NCBI GenBank assembly: GCA_050115495.1
Contig: JASFQK010000004.1
Location: 96,001 to 160,000 of the forward strand
Reading direction: 5' to 3'
Length of the DNA stretch: 64,000 bases
Origin: Phycisphaerae bacterium
GTDB lineage: Bacteria; Planctomycetota; Phycisphaerae; UBA1845; Fen-1342
The notes beneath the pieces are model-generated. The model was not told the origin of the DNA and did not search any database. It saw nothing but the letters and a program-made list of their open reading frames with translations. The stretch's first letter is position 1, and each line of letters opens with the position of its first letter. Made by a program: the position numbers and the translations under genes. This document shows, piece after piece, positions 60,144 through 64,000 of this stretch.

Positions 60144-61379
60144 ATGGAAATCGGCCCCAGACCTCTGGATGGGCGGGCGCGGGCTTTGCAGGCCAGTGCG
60201 ATCGAGGTGGGTGGACGCCTGCGCTCGGCCATCGCCGACCTGCTGGATCGGCTGGCGGCTACGGGGGCCAGCAAGCAACAGCGCATTCAGTCGGCCTTGG
60301 ACCTCAGCCAGTCGGTCACCAGTCGCCTGATCGCCTCCGTTCGGGTGGATGACCCCCTGGCCACGCTGGCGAGCGCCCCGGCTCCGGAGGGGTTGCGGAA
60401 GATGCTGCGCGGCGCGGCACGGGCGGGGATCGAGCAGGATTACCTGGATCAGTTGGATGCCGCCATCACGGACGTCGAGGGGTTGCTGGATGGCGAGATT
60501 GGCAACCGGCATTTCCTGGATGCTCTGCTGAGCGAGTGGGTGCCGGACTCGCGAGCCAGCTACGAACTGCGTCACAAGGCCGCCGGCTTCCGCACGATGA
60601 CGGCGGTGCGCGGCGTGCAGGCGCGGGCGGTGATCGTGTCCGTCATCATCTATCCGGGCGGCGATGCGAGGGCCTACGATGCCATCGGGTTCGATGCACT
60701 GATCGGTTGTCGGCGTCTGCGTCCCAGCGCGGTTCTGCGCACGCTGACATCGCACCTGGCGCCCGCCACGTCAGGTTTCACCGTTTGCGGTGTGGACGAC
60801 CGTCCGATCACGGACATGCACAATACGTTCATTCCTGAATTCTCGACGATTCCGTGGGAGAGTCTGCAGTCACGGCGATACGACACGTTCATTGAGACGA
60901 CAATCCAGGATCTGCCGCTTGGCAAAGGCAGGGGCGCCGATCTGGTCACGGGGCAGCGTTTTCACCATGCTCACCGGGTCTTCCGCGACGGCGGACCGCC
61001 CACCGCCGGGATCGGCGGACAGGCAGAACCGCCGGCCGAGGTTTTCCTCGTGGATGCCCTGCTGGACGATGATGTGTGGCCGGGTCAGAAACCGGAGCTG
61101 CGGCTGTTCGACACGGTCGTCCGCGGTATCACGCATCCGGACAATCCCCTTCGTCAAGCCGATCGGCTGGATATGCTCGAGTCCATCGTGTACCTGGGAC
61201 GCGGCCTCGGCAACTTCCGCATCGCCGAGTTCCCTCGTTATTCAGAGCTCGTTCAGTATGGCTGCGACAAAGTCGGCCGGGATCCGCAACGGCTCCGTGG
61301 TTTTCGCTGCAAGATCCGCTATCCCATCTACGGCAGCCAGATCGGCTTGGCGTTTCCGTTGCCGGAAGCGCAGCCGTGA
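60144..61379 (+). CDS. uncharacterised protein with N-terminal HTH-like motif (putative regulator)
   Basis: QQRIQSALDLSQSVTSRL resembles an XRE-type HTH; the remainder is unrecognised; start uncertain (60117 or 60144). Confidence 0.65.
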   Translation: MEIGPRPLDGRARALQASAIEVGGRLRSAIADLLDRLAATGASKQQRIQSALDLSQSVTSRLIASVRVDDPLATLASAPAPEGLRKMLRGAARAGIEQDYLDQLDAAITDVEGLLDGEIGNRHFLDALLSEWVPDSRASYELRHKAAGFRTMTAVRGVQARAVIVSVIIYPGGDARAYDAIGFDALIGCRRLRPSAVLRTLTSHLAPATSGFTVCGVDDRPITDMHNTFIPEFSTIPWESLQSRRYDTFIETTIQDLPLGKGRGADLVTGQRFHHAHRVFRDGGPPTAGIGGQAEPPAEVFLVDALLDDDVWPGQKPELRLFDTVVRGITHPDNPLRQADRLDMLESIVYLGRGLGNFRIAEFPRYSELVQYGCDKVGRDPQRLRGFRCKIRYPIYGSQIGLAFPLPEAQP

Positions 61380-62095
61380 GGAAGGTCTGCTGACCGGCCG
61401 GGCTGTTGCGTCATCCCTGGCCGAACGCTGTGCTGCACCTGGGCCAGCGTGTGCGGAGGTCGATCCAACGGGTTTCCCCGGTCGATGGAGTGAGCCCCGA
61501 CTCCGGTGCCGGCAGTCGGGTTAGGCGCGACCGCCTTGCGCCGAGCCCGCAACCCTAGCCGGTGTACCCTGATGCAGCGGTAGAACGAAGGGGGTGCAGC
61601 GAGCTCCGAACAGCCCGGTTCGCGGAGCTGCGGCGTCCTCGCTTCCCTCAGTTCCGGAAGAACGGCTGGTGGTAGCCCATCACGCGGTGTTGGGTTTCGC
61701 GGCGACCGAGTCCCGGGGGGACGACTGAACGCCCCGCCACGCGGCACCGCCCCCCGGCGCGACGAGTTGCAGATCGCCGACCGTGCGTTACGGATCGTCT
61801 CAGACAGGATAAGGACGTTCAGCTTGGTGTGTGACGAGGAAGCAGAATGTCCCCTGTTCCGGTGAACCGACGGCTGTGGGAAGACCGCCGCGTGTGGGGC
61901 ACGCGCAGTCGGCGCAACCGCGCCGGGGTCCGTGTTAACACAACACATGTATCCTCTGTCGCAGAGCCGCCGACAGTCATAACAGATTGCGGATGATGGA
62001 TGCTTGCGGTAGGGTATGCGCGCATCAGTGGTGCGGGCCACCGATCACTTCGATTCCCCGTCCGGGGATGCACTTGAGCCAAAGGAGGAATAGTC

Positions 62096-62929
62096 ATGTC
62101 AAAGCCATACCGCATCGCGCGCCTGGGCTGGCTGCCCGATCCGTTGGACCACCGTGATCTGCGTGTCCAATCGGCGACGGTGAAGACGGCACTGGAGAGA
62201 ACCGCGAAGTTCGCGGCGAAGGGGGCCATCAAGGCCCGGGCCACTACGAAGTTGCCGCCCAGCGTCGACCTGTCCAGCGAATGCACGCGGATCGAGAACC
62301 AGGGTGAGATCGGGTCGTGTACAGCCCACAGCGTCGTCGGACTGCTCGAATACCTGTGGAAGCAGACGTACGGCAAGGCGGTCGATGCCTCACGTCTGTT
62401 TGTCTACAAGGCTACACGCAACCTGCTGGGCTGGACCGGAGACACCGGCGCCTTCGTGCGCAGCACGATCAAGGCGGTACGGCTGTTCGGGGCCTGCCCG
62501 GAGGATTACTGGCCCTATGACGAGCCGGCCTTCGACAACGAGCCGCCCGCGTTCTGCTACGCCTTCGCGCAGAACTTCAAGACGATCATCTACTACCGTC
62601 TCGAGGAGAAGGTGGACGCCCTGCGCGCCTCGCTGGCCCAGGGTGTGCCCTTCGCCTTCGGCTTCACGTGCTTCGAGTCGCTGTTCAACCCGGATGTGGA
62701 AGAGACCGGCGTGATCCCGTTCCCAGGGCCGAATGAGGCCGTCATCGGCGGTCACGCCATCATGGCCGTCGGGTACGAGCAGGCAAAAAAGCGTTTCATC
62801 ATCCGCAATAGCTGGGGCCGCGGCTGGGGTCGCAGGGGCTACGGCTACCTGCCCTATGCGTACGTCGAGCAGGGCCTCGCCGACGACTGCTGGTGCATCG
62901 TGAAGTCGCAGTACGAGGGGCTTGAGTAG
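62096..62929 (+). CDS. C1A papain-like cysteine protease (xylellain-like)
   Basis: RBS AAGGAGG; GWLPDPLDHRD, QGEIGSCTA, SRLFVY, GGHAIMAVGY, IRNSWG. Confidence 0.93.
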   Translation: MSKPYRIARLGWLPDPLDHRDLRVQSATVKTALERTAKFAAKGAIKARATTKLPPSVDLSSECTRIENQGEIGSCTAHSVVGLLEYLWKQTYGKAVDASRLFVYKATRNLLGWTGDTGAFVRSTIKAVRLFGACPEDYWPYDEPAFDNEPPAFCYAFAQNFKTIIYYRLEEKVDALRASLAQGVPFAFGFTCFESLFNPDVEETGVIPFPGPNEAVIGGHAIMAVGYEQAKKRFIIRNSWGRGWGRRGYGYLPYAYVEQGLADDCWCIVKSQYEGLE

Positions 62930-63378
62930 ACACGCCGCGGAGACATACGGACGCGTCGTTTTCCCGAAGTGCCCTGCGGGGGAGAAGGGGACTTGCGCCC
63001 ATTCCGCAATGAAAAAGTAGAATGTCCCCTTTTCTTTGTGTCCCCTTCCCGCTTGCGGGATCGCAGTGCGTGATTGGGCCCGCCGTGCGGCGGATGATTA
63101 TTAGCTCGGCGGATGAGGAACTGGGGGGACCGCCAGCGCGGTTATTAGCTGGCGCAGCTCGGGAAAAATGAGTTGACGAGATTACAGAGGACACGTATAC
63201 TTAATCGCTCAGGAGATGAGAAAATAATAAGTAAGGTGCGCCGCCGGCCGTCTTGAGGCAGACCCCTGTGGATTTTCGGTCGCTGGCGCGCTGATGTGAG
63301 TGGAACGAGGCATAACGGATGCCGCCGAACGTGGAACGGGGGATGGGCCCGACGGGCTCAGGGTGGAGGAAAGTCTTG

Positions 63379-64000
63379 ATGAAAAGAACAGCCGTCGTAG
63401 CAGTGTGTGCGTGCCTGGTGCTGGGTCTGCTCGGAGCAACCGCCGCTCCAGCCCAAACCGTGGAGGGAAGGGTCCACTCGTGGGGCACGCAGGTTGTCGG
63501 GCCCGATCATTCCCAGGGCATCGCGCGAATCTCCGCCGGTCTCTGGCATACCATGGCGCTTCGGGACGACGGTACGCTGGTTGGCTGGGGCTGGAATAGC
63601 TACGGTCAATGCGTCGTGCCGGGCGTCAATGCCGATTTTATCGACGTCCAAGCTGGAGCGAACCACAGTATCGCCCTGAAGAGCGATGGCACGGTCGTTG
63701 TCTGGGGCGGCGAGTTGTACGGCGAGAACGCCACGCCCTCGCCGAACGAGGACTTCATCGCCATCTCGACCCACAGCAACCACAACCTCGCCCTCAAGTC
63801 CGATGGGTCGATCGTTGCCTGGGGTAACAACGCCACCGGCCAATGTGACGTGCCCGAGCCCAACACCGATTTCATCGCGATCGCGGCGGGGCATGGACAC
63901 AGCCTCGGCATCAAATCGAATGGATCCATTGTCGCCTGGGGCGCGGGTGACGAACCGGGCGAAGGCTACGAACAGTGCGTCGTCCCGACGGATCCACCCA
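63379..64000 (+). CDS. secreted RCC1-repeat protein (runs off right edge)
   Basis: Hand translation: MKRTAVVAVCACLVLGLLGATAAPA.. ISAGLWHTMALRDDGTLVGWGWNSYGQC.. HSIALKSDGTVVVWG.. HSLGIKSNGSIVAWG; RBS GGAGG. Confidence 0.88.
   Translation, partial: MKRTAVVAVCACLVLGLLGATAAPAQTVEGRVHSWGTQVVGPDHSQGIARISAGLWHTMALRDDGTLVGWGWNSYGQCVVPGVNADFIDVQAGANHSIALKSDGTVVVWGGELYGENATPSPNEDFIAISTHSNHNLALKSDGSIVAWGNNATGQCDVPEPNTDFIAIAAGHGHSLGIKSNGSIVAWGAGDEPGEGYEQCVVPTDPP

Overview
High-GC bacterial DNA whose gene content points to Planctomycetota, probably Phycisphaerae (inference from prepilin-type H-X9-DG proteins, ECF sigma/Ser-Thr kinase pairs, dockerin-like C-termini and PEP-CTERM). The first ~16 kb is a respiratory island. 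It holds an OmcA/MtrC-type multiheme lipoprotein (minus strand, runs off the left edge, absent from the ORF track), a PAS-LuxR regulator, a CbcL-like multiheme-c/cytochrome-b fusion, a triheme membrane cytochrome and an NHL-propeller/20-heme cytochrome. It ends in a Tat-exported group 1a-like [NiFe] hydrogenase operon with no cytochrome b subunit, bracketed by two dockerin-bearing c-type cytochromes; this is the best candidate for an undescribed system. The rest contains secreted proteins sharing a near-identical C-terminal dockerin-like tag, five prepilin-type proteins (three in a tandem triplication with patch-wise variation), two ECF/kinase pairs, rsfS, cheX, araB, an invasin-like adhesin with 11 Ig repeats, lysine-catabolism-like enzymes, GTAG-type REP-like repeats bracketing a cargo gene, a candidate C-loop small RNA, a PEP-CTERM protein divergent from an HTH protein across a palindrome, a C1A protease and the start of an RCC1-repeat protein. 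No rRNA, tRNA, CRISPR array or transposase was recognised. All calls come from reading motifs by eye; no searches were run.
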